Shown here piece after piece: positions 8,210-18,049 of a DNA stretch of 38,099 nucleotides. The stretch spans positions 960-39,058 of the forward strand of contig JAJYVC010000003.1 of assembly GCA_021792235.1 (NCBI GenBank), in the 5' to 3' direction. The notes beneath the pieces are model-generated. The model ran no database searches, had not been told where the DNA came from, and was given only the letters and a program-made list of their open reading frames with translations. The DNA comes from Candidatus Micrarchaeota archaeon (GTDB taxonomy: Archaea; Micrarchaeota; Micrarchaeia; Micrarchaeales; CABMGC01). Within the stretch, counting starts at the first letter, position 1, and every line of letters begins with the position of its first letter. The position numbers and the translations under genes are program-made.

Positions 8210-9156
8210 ATTCTAATTATGAGCAGGAGTGCGGTGAGCGCTGCAGATACTGAGAGATTGTCGTCAATCCTTATCCTCAGGCTTTCCACCAGCGCACCGA
8301 CCAGTCCAATGGCCAGTGCATAGTAGCCTATGAAGGCGAAGGATATTGCTGAAGTCGCTGCGAAGTACGCCATGGATCCGTAAACGCTCTTTCTGCGGTT
8401 CCATGGTATCTTTTTGCCACCGAAATGTATCCCTACCATGGTGGCTACAGGATCGCCTATGAATATCGCCGAGAACACCACGAGCACATTCATTGTGTTG
8501 AGGAACGAGACTGCCATCAGCGACCCTATGGCCAGCCAGAGCGCCCCGTATCCCAGCGCCGACCCATTCCTCTCGAATCTGGTAATGATCCTCGAAAATC
8601 TGTTACTACTGAAGGCTTCAATTACACATATAACTAGAATTCCTCCAAGTATCAGAAGCATCTGGAATGTCACCGCTATGGGCTCTATCTCGAAATAGAA
8701 CATCAGCATAAGAAATATTCCTGCACCCATGTGGAAGAAGTCTCTGCTGATCTCGACCCGTCTGTCCTCTATGCTGTTTCTATACTCTTTGAGCTTGGTT
8801 ATCACGCTCAGTAGCCCGAGGAGCATTGCCTGTGCTATGTACATGAAACCAATGTAGTGTATCATCACTATGTAGAGCGCATCAACAAGCACGTAGGCTG
8901 CCCTAGACCTGGCAGACTTTCCGGAGAGCAGGCCGTTGAAGCCAAGTATGCCTACTTCAAGGAGAAGGATTGTAACCACGTGCACGTGCTGTGCAATGAA
9001 AAGTACGAACCCTGCCATCACTGCCAAAGTGATCAGCAATTGGCTCCTCCTGTCCATCCTCAATATCCTGTAAACTGCCACCAGCGAGAGCGCTGCGGCT
9101 ACTGCGAATGTCGCATAAAGCAATGACCCGTAGGAAAAATCAACGATGCCCAGCAA
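8206..9156 (-). CDS. Dolichol kinase / phytol kinase-like CTP-dependent membrane kinase (SEC59-like)
   Basis: Polytopic protein with EISRDFFH, IGDPVATMVG.HFG, RKSVYGS, VES...IDDNL motifs. Confidence 0.78.
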   Translation of the reverse strand: MLGIVDFSYGSLLYATFAVAAALSLVAVYRILRMDRRSQLLITLAVMAGFVLFIAQHVHVVTILLLEVGILGFNGLLSGKSARSRAAYVLVDALYIVMIHYIGFMYIAQAMLLGLLSVITKLKEYRNSIEDRRVEISRDFFHMGAGIFLMLMFYFEIEPIAVTFQMLLILGGILVICVIEAFSSNRFSRIITRFERNGSALGYGALWLAIGSLMAVSFLNTMNVLVVFSAIFIGDPVATMVGIHFGGKKIPWNRRKSVYGSMAYFAATSAISFAFIGYYALAIGLVGALVESLRIRIDDNLSVSAALTALLLIIRI

Positions 9157-10989
9157 CTATATCACGTATATGATCCATCCCGCGACTATATATGCTCCGA
9201 CTATTACCAATGGAACAACTCTCTTGCCTACCTTTATTATTTCCATGCCTACCTTGTTGAGCAGCTCTTCCGATCCGGTGCCCCATACCTTGAAATTCCT
9301 GAACACGGTCGATCCGTGCGCCAATCCTACTGGTTCAATGTCATTTATGGCCTTTTCCACCATCCTATCCAGCACAGGTATTATATCAGACGGGGACGTG
9401 TGCCTTCCCAGGGAGTTACTTGCTGACATTGCCAGTGAATTGACCGAATGGGTGTCGGTAGTGTAGATCTCAGACGCCACTCTGTACTTGTATTTTATGT
9501 GGCTTATTACGGCATTCCTGAATCCGGGAAGCATGTTGTTTGCATCTATGTAAATCATGACGAACTTCCTGCGCCCGAATTCGAATATTCCTACACTGGA
9601 ATATCCTCTGCCAAGATCCGGATTGTGAAGGAGGTTAGTTATCTTCATATACGAAGCGCCGAACCGAAGCCTTCCTGCTTTCCTCTTTTCAGTAGCCCTT
9701 ATTATGGCCCTCTCATATTTTGGTATGTATCTGCTGAGCTTGCCAATTCCTTTCAATTCCTCGGGGCTCGCGCTCTCGAACCTTGAGTTATGTGCATCTA
9801 TCAATATGGTGAAGGCCCCATTTCTTCCTGCAAGCTTGCTCAAGCGCATGCCGACATTTCTGTCAATGTCCTCGGTGATCATCGGCGCCTTTGTCAGCGT
9901 AAGCAGGTTCAGGTCGTTCACCTTTATGTTGATCGCCCTGCATGGGTCATCCCTCCCAAATCCTATGCTGCCCTGCGCGCTTTTTGCCTTTCCGCTTGAC
10001 ATTGAGTCTACGTAACTGCAGATCCTTTTAGACATCGCGAATACCTGGTTGGTATTCATCGGGTTGTCCTCTATATTCACCGCACCGTGTATTATGAAAG
10101 GCGCTGAGTTGTATTTGGACGTTATCATGCTGCCCAGCGTCTCCGGAAATGCACTACCACCAACCGTGCCGAACGGGCCGTAATGAATGTCAGGCCTTAC
10201 AAATACTGCCTTCATCGATTTCTTCCCATACAGCACTGCTACATCTATGTCAACGTCCCTTCTGATTCCTCCACTTCCAAGTATGTTTGCATCTGTAGCA
10301 ATGTCGTACAGCCACTGATCTACCATGTTGCTGAACAGGTCTATGCTGCTTACTGAGAGCTTCTTCTTTGCAGGCCTGTCAAGCAGGTACAGTATTGCGT
10401 ATCCCATTACCAGAAAGACCAATATGCCCGAATAGAGCTTTACCAGCGCTATGTCTATGGGGAAATCGGCCTTAAGCAAGTAGCCGCCGAATGGAAAATA
10501 CATTAGTACGTTCAGTATCGGCTGTATTTCCGCAGTTATGGCTGCGCTCCTCTTCTGCCCTATTGCCACCCTGTTTATTATGAACCAGTAGCCATAGATG
10601 CTCGCATTGGCAAGAAGCAGTATGGCGTACGCAAGCGGGCCGTTATGGTCTACAGAAAACAGCATAGAGTCAGTGATGATGAATGCCGAATATGCACCAG
10701 ATACTGCAAGCGCGGCGAAAAGCAGATGCTTCGTCTTTACCTTTCTCTTGATGATCCTCATGGTCATTACTGTGAGCAGTGCGGGTAGGCTTACCACGAG
10801 TATGCCCGAGCTTGCACCCAGAAGGACTATGTCTATTACATTCGAGCCGCCCTTATAATGGACAAACAGGCTCGAAACGGATCCGGCAATTGCGCCAATA
10901 AGTATTATCAGGGCTATCTGGTTTATGCTGCTCGGTATTTCAAGTGTGAAGTAGCTAGAGTATTTCGTCAGGTCCCTTTTAGGCGCCAT
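9157..10989 (-). CDS. DUF2070-family membrane protein (archaeal, predicted metal-dependent hydrolase)
   Basis: N-terminal TM bundle, then IHYGPFG..GGS..P, HGA, IDAHN, IDANN, TTDTH motifs and a C-terminal TM helix. Confidence 0.78.
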   Translation of the reverse strand: MAPKRDLTKYSSYFTLEIPSSINQIALIILIGAIAGSVSSLFVHYKGGSNVIDIVLLGASSGILVVSLPALLTVMTMRIIKRKVKTKHLLFAALAVSGAYSAFIITDSMLFSVDHNGPLAYAILLLANASIYGYWFIINRVAIGQKRSAAITAEIQPILNVLMYFPFGGYLLKADFPIDIALVKLYSGILVFLVMGYAILYLLDRPAKKKLSVSSIDLFSNMVDQWLYDIATDANILGSGGIRRDVDIDVAVLYGKKSMKAVFVRPDIHYGPFGTVGGSAFPETLGSMITSKYNSAPFIIHGAVNIEDNPMNTNQVFAMSKRICSYVDSMSSGKAKSAQGSIGFGRDDPCRAINIKVNDLNLLTLTKAPMITEDIDRNVGMRLSKLAGRNGAFTILIDAHNSRFESASPEELKGIGKLSRYIPKYERAIIRATEKRKAGRLRFGASYMKITNLLHNPDLGRGYSSVGIFEFGRRKFVMIYIDANNMLPGFRNAVISHIKYKYRVASEIYTTDTHSVNSLAMSASNSLGRHTSPSDIIPVLDRMVEKAINDIEPVGLAHGSTVFRNFKVWGTGSEELLNKVGMEIIKVGKRVVPLVIVGAYIVAGWIIYVI

Positions 10990-10998
10990 TTCAACACT

Positions 10999-11697
10999 TT
11001 ACCTGCCAAATCTCCTCTCACGGCTCTGATATTCGGAAAGTGCGTTATACAGGTCATGCCTGCTGAAGTCAGGCCACAGCTTGCTTGAGAAATAAAGCTC
11101 TGAATACGCAGCCTGCCATGGTATGAATCCGGAAAGCCTCTTTTCACCAGAAGTTCTTATTATGAAGTCAATGTCTGGCACTTCGTTGGATAGCAGGCAT
11201 TCAGTGAACCTGTTCGCATCAAGGTTCACTCCCTTTTTCGCAAGCCCCACTGCCTTCTTCGCTGCGAATATCAGGTCATCCTTGCCTCCATATCCTATCA
11301 GCATGTTTATGACCCTTTCCTTATTTTCCCTTGTCTTGCTTGCAAGGTCTGCGAGCGCCCTGTTCAGATCCTGCGGCAGTAGCTTCTTGTTGCTTATTAT
11401 GTTTAGCCGCACCCCCTCTCTCTGCAGCCTTTCTATTATCTCCCTGTCCTTGCACACTCTACGGTATATGCCAAAGAGTGCCTTGACCTCTCCCGGCGAT
11501 CGCCTTATGTTCTCAGATGACAGGGCCCATACTGTTATGTTTCTGACTCCGTATGATTTGCACCATTCGCTGAAGTCTAGGAATTTCTTTACGCCCTTGT
11601 CGTAACCCTCCATCATGGAAAGTCTATGCGCCTTGGCCCACCTTCTGTTACCGTCGGGTATTAATGCCAGAGATCTGGGCACTGAAGAGAACGCCAT
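10999..11697 (-). CDS. uppS: cis-prenyltransferase (polyprenyl diphosphate synthase)
   Basis: IPDGNRRWA, ALSSEN..R, GYGGK, IRTSGEKRLSGF.PWQ..YSEL, WPDF, RRFG. Confidence 0.95.
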   Translation of the reverse strand: MAFSSVPRSLALIPDGNRRWAKAHRLSMMEGYDKGVKKFLDFSEWCKSYGVRNITVWALSSENIRRSPGEVKALFGIYRRVCKDREIIERLQREGVRLNIISNKKLLPQDLNRALADLASKTRENKERVINMLIGYGGKDDLIFAAKKAVGLAKKGVNLDANRFTECLLSNEVPDIDFIIRTSGEKRLSGFIPWQAAYSELYFSSKLWPDFSRHDLYNALSEYQSRERRFGR

Positions 11698-11857
11698 TAT
11701 ATCTCGTGTAGTTGGTGTCTATTTATCTATTTAAATGTTTTTATCACGTTGTCACTGACCAATTCTCATTAGCGCCATTATCTCTGCCTACACCAGTGTA
11801 TATTATGTATTTTCCACTATTTATGCATTCCTCTAATCTGTAGCATTGGCTTGCGCC

Positions 11858-13078
11858 TCAGGCTGTTTCCAGCTCCTCTATCCTTGCCAGCTCGTTCAGC
11901 TTTGCCACTCTCTCCCCTCCGACGATGCCCGTCTTTATGAACTCCGATCCGAATGCCACTGCAAGGTGCGCTATGAAGTTGTCTGTTGTTTCCCTGCTTC
12001 TGTGGGACACTACTGTCTTGATGCCGTTCTTATGCGCAAGACCTATCACATCAAGCGTATCGCTCAGCGTGCCTATCTGGTTGACCTTTATCAGCACGCC
12101 GTTCGTGGAGCTGCTCTTTATGCCCTTCTCAAGCCTCTCCTTGTTCGTTGTGTATAAATCATCGCCTACTACCAGGCTGTTCTTTCCTATCTTCTTTGTA
12201 ATTTCTGCGAATCCGCCGAAATCATCCTCATTCATAGGATCCTCAACAACTGCAAGTCCAAAATCATCCCTCAGTTTCTCTACGAATGCCACATTATCGG
12301 CAGGGCTAAGTCTCCTATCTCCATACACATAGTGCCCATCCTTGAAGAATTCGCTTGCTGCAAAGTCGGCGCCAAGCTGCACGTCCACTCCAAGCTCCTC
12401 GACCGCACCGGCCATCTCATCTGCAAGAGCGAGGTTCTCCTGATCGGCAAGGCCAGTAACCCATGCACCTTCTATGTTCACTCCGGCCGGAATATGGAGT
12501 TTACCTATGATATAATCTCCCACCGACTTGTGCACGCGCGCATTTATTTCTATCCCGTTTGAAAAGCTGACATCCTTGGGTGAGATAAGTATCTCCTGTA
12601 TCGACATCCTGTCCTTGGAATGTGCACCTCCCCCTATCAGGTTGCCAAGTGGCATTGGTATTCCTTTCTTTATGCCCAGGCTCTTAGTAAAGCCATTGTA
12701 AACATACTCATAAAGCTCAAGCCCTTCCAGACTTGCAGCAAGCTTTGCGGTTGCAATGGATACTCCGGTGGCAACATTGCCGCCTATCACATTGAATCTC
12801 TCCCCGCCAACTTCATGCAGCGCAGAGTCAACATTCCTCTGCTCTCTTGCCCCAATGCCTATGATCTTCTTCTTGACCTCCTCCAAGTTCGATATGCCAA
12901 GATCGACATTGCCTTCAGGGAAGGCGAACACCTCATGCGATCCTGTGCTTGTGCTGTTTGCTATCGCCGCCGTAGCGCTCCTCTTCGCACAGCTTACCGT
13001 GACCTCTACTGTGAATCCGCCACGCGAATCAAGTATCTTCCTTGCATGCACATCCTTTATTGCATCATTTGGCATCAA
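11858..13078 (-). CDS. eno: Enolase
   Basis: ARKILDSRG, STGSHE, GGGAH, ADFAASEF, VEDP, VGDDL, LIKVNQIG, SHRS.ET, ERVAKLNEL. Confidence 0.95.
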   Translation of the reverse strand: MMPNDAIKDVHARKILDSRGGFTVEVTVSCAKRSATAAIANSTSTGSHEVFAFPEGNVDLGISNLEEVKKKIIGIGAREQRNVDSALHEVGGERFNVIGGNVATGVSIATAKLAASLEGLELYEYVYNGFTKSLGIKKGIPMPLGNLIGGGAHSKDRMSIQEILISPKDVSFSNGIEINARVHKSVGDYIIGKLHIPAGVNIEGAWVTGLADQENLALADEMAGAVEELGVDVQLGADFAASEFFKDGHYVYGDRRLSPADNVAFVEKLRDDFGLAVVEDPMNEDDFGGFAEITKKIGKNSLVVGDDLYTTNKERLEKGIKSSSTNGVLIKVNQIGTLSDTLDVIGLAHKNGIKTVVSHRSRETTDNFIAHLAVAFGSEFIKTGIVGGERVAKLNELARIEELETA

Positions 13079-14333
13079 ATCTCCTCTTGATAATATAATC
13101 TACCAGCTGGTTGCCGTTCATGATCCTCATTGTCCCATGGGAATCGATGTTCTCGTCGAAATCAACTGCATCTGCCTTGGTGCTGTTCGCGTACCTTACC
13201 ATTACCGGTACCGGGTCCGAGGAATGGGCCTTAAGCGGGCACGGGGTGGCATGGTCGCATGTTACGCACATGTCGACATCAAGCTCCCTTATGCGCGAGA
13301 AGAATTCGCTGTCTATCTCCTCAAGTATCTTTTTCTTAAGCAGTGCATCACCGTCATGTCCCGGTTCGTCAGGTCCCTTTATGTGTACATACATGAAGTC
13401 GTATCTGCTCAGATTCTGTATCACAAGCTCTGCCATCCTCCTGTACCTCCCCTTTCTGTCCTTAAGCTCCTCGAGCCCTATGGGCTCCATTCCGAGCACT
13501 TTTGCTATGCCTGTCTCTACAGGCATCTCGGCTATGAATGCGCACTTCATGCCGTACCTTGCTTCAAACGTCTCAACTTTCGGCAGCCCCACTCCGGCAT
13601 CCCTGAGCAGAAGTGCATTGGCCCTGAGCAGCCCTTCATCGCCCCTCCTCGAATTCACCTTCGAATGTGCAAGTTTCTCAATGACCTTGTCGATGAACGC
13701 ATTTACTATGTATGCAGTGTTGGCCGATGCCTCAGATTCATCTAGCGGAACGACTTTTGGAAGCTTCTTGCTTGCGACCTCCTCAGCAACCGATATGTTC
13801 CCTTTCCTTACGTATCCTATGTCTGCATTGGAGACGTTTGCAGACAGACTCTTCTCGCTGTAGAACACACACGCTCCTCGATGGCCTACAGTAGATTTGA
13901 ACTTAAACGTAATCCCTTTAATGCCCAGGTCGATCTCCGAAATCTCCTTTTCAAGCGCCTTCGCATCACCTGTCTCTATCCTTCCTGCCCTCCTGTCAAT
14001 GATGTCCCTGTCTGCGTTTATTGTAGCAAAGTTGCACCTGAATGCCACCGAACGATCATCTACTTCCATTCCTGCCCCGTATGCCTCGAGGGGCCCCCTT
14101 CCAGTGTACGCCGACATATCATATCCGAGTATGGAAAAAACCGCAGCATCAGATTCGGGAGCTACGCCCTTTCCTATCGGATACATCATGCCCTTTATTG
14201 ATTGCGAGGCCAGATGCCTGAGGTTAGGCATGTTCGCGCTCTGGAGGGGAGTCATGCCATTAAGGGCGTCATTCTTCCTGTCCGCAGCACCGTCAAGTAT
14301 AACGAATAACAAGGCCATGGATGCACTATGCAC
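13065..14333 (-). CDS. apgM: 2,3-bisphosphoglycerate-independent phosphoglycerate mutase, archaeal type
   Basis: ILDGAAD, TPLQ.A..PN, PESD, YTGRGPLEA.G, AFRCNF, DRRAGRI, HIKGPDEPGHDG, TCDHATP, HSSDPVP. Confidence 0.94.
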   Translation of the reverse strand: MHSASMALLFVILDGAADRKNDALNGMTPLQSANMPNLRHLASQSIKGMMYPIGKGVAPESDAAVFSILGYDMSAYTGRGPLEAYGAGMEVDDRSVAFRCNFATINADRDIIDRRAGRIETGDAKALEKEISEIDLGIKGITFKFKSTVGHRGACVFYSEKSLSANVSNADIGYVRKGNISVAEEVASKKLPKVVPLDESEASANTAYIVNAFIDKVIEKLAHSKVNSRRGDEGLLRANALLLRDAGVGLPKVETFEARYGMKCAFIAEMPVETGIAKVLGMEPIGLEELKDRKGRYRRMAELVIQNLSRYDFMYVHIKGPDEPGHDGDALLKKKILEEIDSEFFSRIRELDVDMCVTCDHATPCPLKAHSSDPVPVMVRYANSTKADAVDFDENIDSHGTMRIMNGNQLVDYIIKRRFDAK

Positions 14334-14416
14334 ATCTCATATTCAAACTATTTATAACCTAAGCATGTGCATCGGCTATTGCCGCACATGTCGTATACCT
14401 CGCAAAGAAACTGGCA

Positions 14417-14740
14417 TTATCCAAGCTGCTTCACAAAAGCAGCGAATTCTATTTCCAGCTTCGTAACCCTGCCTTCGTTACTATATGTGGCATATACCTG
14501 ATAAGTGCCCTCACCATAGCCTGCCTCGCTTACCACTGCCAGTTTATTGCCTTCTTCAAGCTGTCCTGCTTTGGTGGATGAGAGTAATATGCGGGTAGCT
14601 GCACTGTGTGAAAAGTCATTTCTTTCCGGTTTGCCTTGGTCATAATCGTCGTTTTTCCATGTGTCTAGGAATGAGGGATCAACAACAATTACCTGTCCCG
14701 TGTCGACATTAACCCTACCTACCAATACTCTTCTAACCAT
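14417..14740 (-). CDS. Small hypothetical protein (DUF4241-like)
   Basis: VDTGQV..VDP and SEAGYGEGTYQVY resemble the VDSG / SG.GDG.Y motifs of that family. ATG 14740 preferred. Confidence 0.55.
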   Translation of the reverse strand: MVRRVLVGRVNVDTGQVIVVDPSFLDTWKNDDYDQGKPERNDFSHSAATRILLSSTKAGQLEEGNKLAVVSEAGYGEGTYQVYATYSNEGRVTKLEIEFAAFVKQLG

Positions 14741-14891
14741 CCAACTACCACAAATACAATTGCACACGGTATTTATCATGCTTATGAATAGGAATTCAAT
14801 GGCCGATGTTTTACATGACTTGTAAGCAGATAGGCCAATAGCCAGTGCAAAGATAACAAGCTATAAATAAGTTCGACAAGAGTATACCACC

Positions 14892-15440
14892 ATGTCCTCT
14901 AAAAAATCAGAAGCAGAGGAAACCGAGGAGCTGATAAAGAGCAGAATAAGGGCCATACCAGACTATCCGAAGCCCGGCATAACCTTCAGGGACATAACCC
15001 CACTGCTCAAGGACAGCGTGGCGTTCTCGAAGTGCATAGATCTGCTGGCAGACAGGGTATCTGCATACGACTTCGACTATATCGCAGGCATAGAGGCCCG
15101 CGGCTTCATAGTAGCTTCGGCACTTGCCTACAAGTTGGGCAGGGGCTTAATCCCGATAAGGAAAAAAGGCAAGCTTCCGTATTCAAAGATAAGTAAGAGT
15201 TACCAGCTCGAATACGGCATTGAGACCATAGAGGTGCACAGTGACTCGGTGGAGAGGGGCAGCGGCGTGCTGATAGCTGATGACCTGCTGGCTACTGGTG
15301 GCACCGCAAGCGCAGGTGCCGACTTGATAAGGGACCTAGGGGCGGAAGTAAAGGGATATGCATTCATAGTCGAGCTTGAATTCCTGGGAGGGCGTACCAG
15401 GCTTGGAGACAGGGACATCTGCTCGCTCGTAAAGTACTGA
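14892..15440 (+). CDS. apt: Adenine phosphoribosyltransferase
   Basis: PDYPKPGITFRDITPLL, EARGF, RKKGKLP, YQLEYG, PRPP motif IADDLLATGGT. Confidence 0.96.
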   Translation: MSSKKSEAEETEELIKSRIRAIPDYPKPGITFRDITPLLKDSVAFSKCIDLLADRVSAYDFDYIAGIEARGFIVASALAYKLGRGLIPIRKKGKLPYSKISKSYQLEYGIETIEVHSDSVERGSGVLIADDLLATGGTASAGADLIRDLGAEVKGYAFIVELEFLGGRTRLGDRDICSLVKY

Positions 15441-15512
15441 CCTACATCAAATGTCAAACCGTTCAGGCTTGTTTTTAAATTTTGGCATTTCAATACAATT
15501 CAGTGCAGCCGG

Positions 15513-16859
15513 ATGAAGACCAAGATAGTAGCTACGTATGGTCCAAGCATAGAGGGCCGCCCAGTGCTTTCCAAGATAATGAAGCATGTGGATGTGTTCA
15601 GGTTGAACTTTTCCCATGGAAACGAAGAGACATGGGCAGAGGCCATTGAGAACATATCACACGTATCCAGATTAATGAACAGGGAGGTCTCTCTCCTTGC
15701 TGATCTCCCTGGCCCCAAGATAAGGATAGGCGACCTTAAAAGCAGCATTGGAGTGAAGAAAGGGGAACTTGTAACGTTCAGATACGGAAAGCCTTCTGAA
15801 GGTGCAGTGCCGCTAGACCATGATATATTCAGATACCTGAACAAGAAATCAGTGATATCTATAGGGGACGGGTACCCTAATTTCAGGGTAATAGGTCTTA
15901 GCAAGGGCAATATAACCTGCCGCGCGCTCAATTCAGGCGCCCTTTCAAGCAGGAAGGGCATAAATATAATGAACGGCAGGGTCACGGCTGCGCCTCCAAC
16001 CGCAGAAGACGTGAAGCTTGCGAGGTTCGCAAAGAGGAACGGGTTCGATTTCATAGGGATGTCATTCGTGAGGTCTGCGCAGAACATAAGCGATCTGAGG
16101 AAGAAGATTGGTGGCGCATACGTCATAGCAAAGATAGAGCGTGCGGAAGCAGTCAAGCATATAGACAGCATAGTCTTGGAGGCCGATGCGATAATGGTGG
16201 CAAGAGGCGACCTTGCCTTCGAGATACCTGTAGAGACATTGCCCATAATTCAGGCAAGGATAATACGCGCTTCACTGAAGTTCCATAAACCAGTCATAGT
16301 GGCCACGCAGATGCTTGCAAGCATGGTGAACAACCCAATGCCTACAAGGGCTGAGGTGAATGACATAGCCACTGCGGTGGCAAGCGGTGCAGACTGCGTG
16401 ATGCTCAGCGAAGAATCGGCGGTAGGCAAGTATCCGATCGAATCCGTAAGGACCCTCGCTACTACGGCAAGGAATGCAGAGGAGATAGCCCTTCACCATC
16501 AGGACTTCAGGATAGGTGCTATAAGCGATAGCATAGCCTTTGCCGCAGCAGAGATAGCAGACAACTATAGGACTGACTGCATATTTGCGCCAACACAGAC
16601 TGGCAGCACGGCAAAAAAGCTTTCTGCGCTGAGGCCTAGGTCCGGCATAATCGCGCTAAGCACTTCAAAGAAAGTGAGAAAGATGCTCAATATATACTAC
16701 GGCGTGCGCAGCGAAGCTATTCGTAAGTACAATACCGTTGACGGCATGCTTGAACAGGTAAAGGCGATAGCGCGTAAGAGGGGTGCGAGCAGATATATCG
16801 TAGTGTCAGGCTCACCAAACCATGCTGGCAGCACTAACACTCTTAAGTACATAGAATGA
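15513..16859 (+). CDS. pyk: Pyruvate kinase
   Basis: KTKIVAT.GP, RLNFSHG, DLPGPKIR, IAKIE, MVARGDL, ATQML.SM, PTRAEV.D, DCVMLS.E. Confidence 0.96.
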   Translation: MKTKIVATYGPSIEGRPVLSKIMKHVDVFRLNFSHGNEETWAEAIENISHVSRLMNREVSLLADLPGPKIRIGDLKSSIGVKKGELVTFRYGKPSEGAVPLDHDIFRYLNKKSVISIGDGYPNFRVIGLSKGNITCRALNSGALSSRKGINIMNGRVTAAPPTAEDVKLARFAKRNGFDFIGMSFVRSAQNISDLRKKIGGAYVIAKIERAEAVKHIDSIVLEADAIMVARGDLAFEIPVETLPIIQARIIRASLKFHKPVIVATQMLASMVNNPMPTRAEVNDIATAVASGADCVMLSEESAVGKYPIESVRTLATTARNAEEIALHHQDFRIGAISDSIAFAAAEIADNYRTDCIFAPTQTGSTAKKLSALRPRSGIIALSTSKKVRKMLNIYYGVRSEAIRKYNTVDGMLEQVKAIARKRGASRYIVVSGSPNHAGSTNTLKYIE

Positions 16860-16939
16860 TAAACCGTGCCTCATCACAACCTGCAAGCCAAGCTGCAGCC
16901 AACGCATAATCTAATATACTTGCCGAACGAAGGGTTGAT

Positions 16940-17584
16940 GTGGCTGATGATATGCTGGTTCTCTCAATAACGTCATGGTTGCTGCAGGTCATCTCAGGAA
17001 CCTACTCAACCATAAATACGTTTATAACTACACATGGGCTAGCGGCCATAGTGGCGCTGATGGCCCTGGAATCTGCATCTTTACCAATACCAAGCGAGGT
17101 AATACTGCCTCTTGCGGGCAGGTTTGCGGCAGCTGGTGATTTCAGTTTATATCTGGCTATTGCAGCATCGATAGTCGGTACAGTGATAGGGATAACGGTA
17201 GATTATGCAATAGCATATGTGCTGGAAAAGGAGGTAGTGTACAAGCACCTAAGTGCATTCCACATAAAGAAGTCTGATCTTGACGCATTCGATGCGTGGT
17301 TCGCAAAGAACGGCGCATTCGCAGTCTTCGTCGCAAGGCTGCTCCCTGTGGTAAGGGGGCTGATAAGCCTACCAGCCGGGTTCGCAAAGATGTCGCTAAG
17401 GGACTTCTACTTGTACTCGATAGCAGGGTCGCTGATATGGAATGTCGCATTGATAATGTTCGGGTACTGGGCCCTAGCAACATCTAATGCACAGCTCATG
17501 TTTGCTGCAATTGCCGCATTTGCTATAGTGCTTTACCTTACATACAGGATAGGCATGAAAAGGATAAGCAGACACAGCAAGTAG
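16940..17584 (+). CDS. DedA-family membrane protein
   Basis: LESASLPIPSEVIL..AG, F..RLLP.VR..IS.PAG, GSLIW. Confidence 0.9.
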   Translation: MADDMLVLSITSWLLQVISGTYSTINTFITTHGLAAIVALMALESASLPIPSEVILPLAGRFAAAGDFSLYLAIAASIVGTVIGITVDYAIAYVLEKEVVYKHLSAFHIKKSDLDAFDAWFAKNGAFAVFVARLLPVVRGLISLPAGFAKMSLRDFYLYSIAGSLIWNVALIMFGYWALATSNAQLMFAAIAAFAIVLYLTYRIGMKRISRHSK

Positions 17585-17623
17585 CGCGCAGATGGGAAAT
17601 GCGAATTATATGCGTCACAGAAC

Positions 17624-17953
17624 CTATGCGGCTTTTGATTCAAGTATGTAGTTCTTCACTATCTTTATTACTTGGTCGATTGCCTTCTTTATGTCTGCCT
17701 CGGTCTTAGCTCCGGTGCATATTATCTTTCCGTTCTTGAACAGGAGCAGTGCTGTCTTTGGTTCATGTATCTTGCATATGGCGCCAGGGAACTGCTCTGG
17801 CTCATAATCGACGTCAGGCGACGCCTTTGCTATGCCGTAAAGGTCAAGCTCGACACCAAGGTCGGCACTTGCTACTATGTTCTCTATCTTGAACTTCGTG
17901 TTAAGCTCAACACGCTTACCTGACTTTGTCTTAGCAGCATTTGAGTTACCCAT
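17624..17953 (-). CDS. Single-repeat TATA-box-binding-protein-like protein (109 aa)
   Basis: One full TBP repeat: IENIVASADL...LDL..IA.....DYEPEQFPG.I.KI.EPK..LLLFKNGKIICTGAK.E.D. Bounded by dedA and rpl21e with no room for a second repeat. Confidence 0.9.
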   Translation of the reverse strand: MGNSNAAKTKSGKRVELNTKFKIENIVASADLGVELDLYGIAKASPDVDYEPEQFPGAICKIHEPKTALLLFKNGKIICTGAKTEADIKKAIDQVIKIVKNYILESKAA

Positions 17954-18049
17954 TTATACCACTATTTAAAGATATCTACTGAAAGGTATTTATATATGCA
18001 TACCAAAAGGTATCTTGCCTGATTGTATACAATTAGCATAGCTGATAGA

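Noticed and set aside
11858-13078. Divergent enolase motifs (ANSTSTG, NIEGAW, SHRSRET) as a sign of altered function
   Set aside because: The Mg ligands and catalytic Lys/Glu appear retained, and the gene overlaps apgM with pyk nearby, which fits ordinary lower glycolysis.
14800-14837. Imperfect hairpin (TTACA-tgact-TGTAA flanked by GGCC) between the DUF4241-like gene and apt, considered as a purine riboswitch
   Set aside because: It lies upstream of the apparent apt TATA box, matches no aptamer I recognise and occurs only once.
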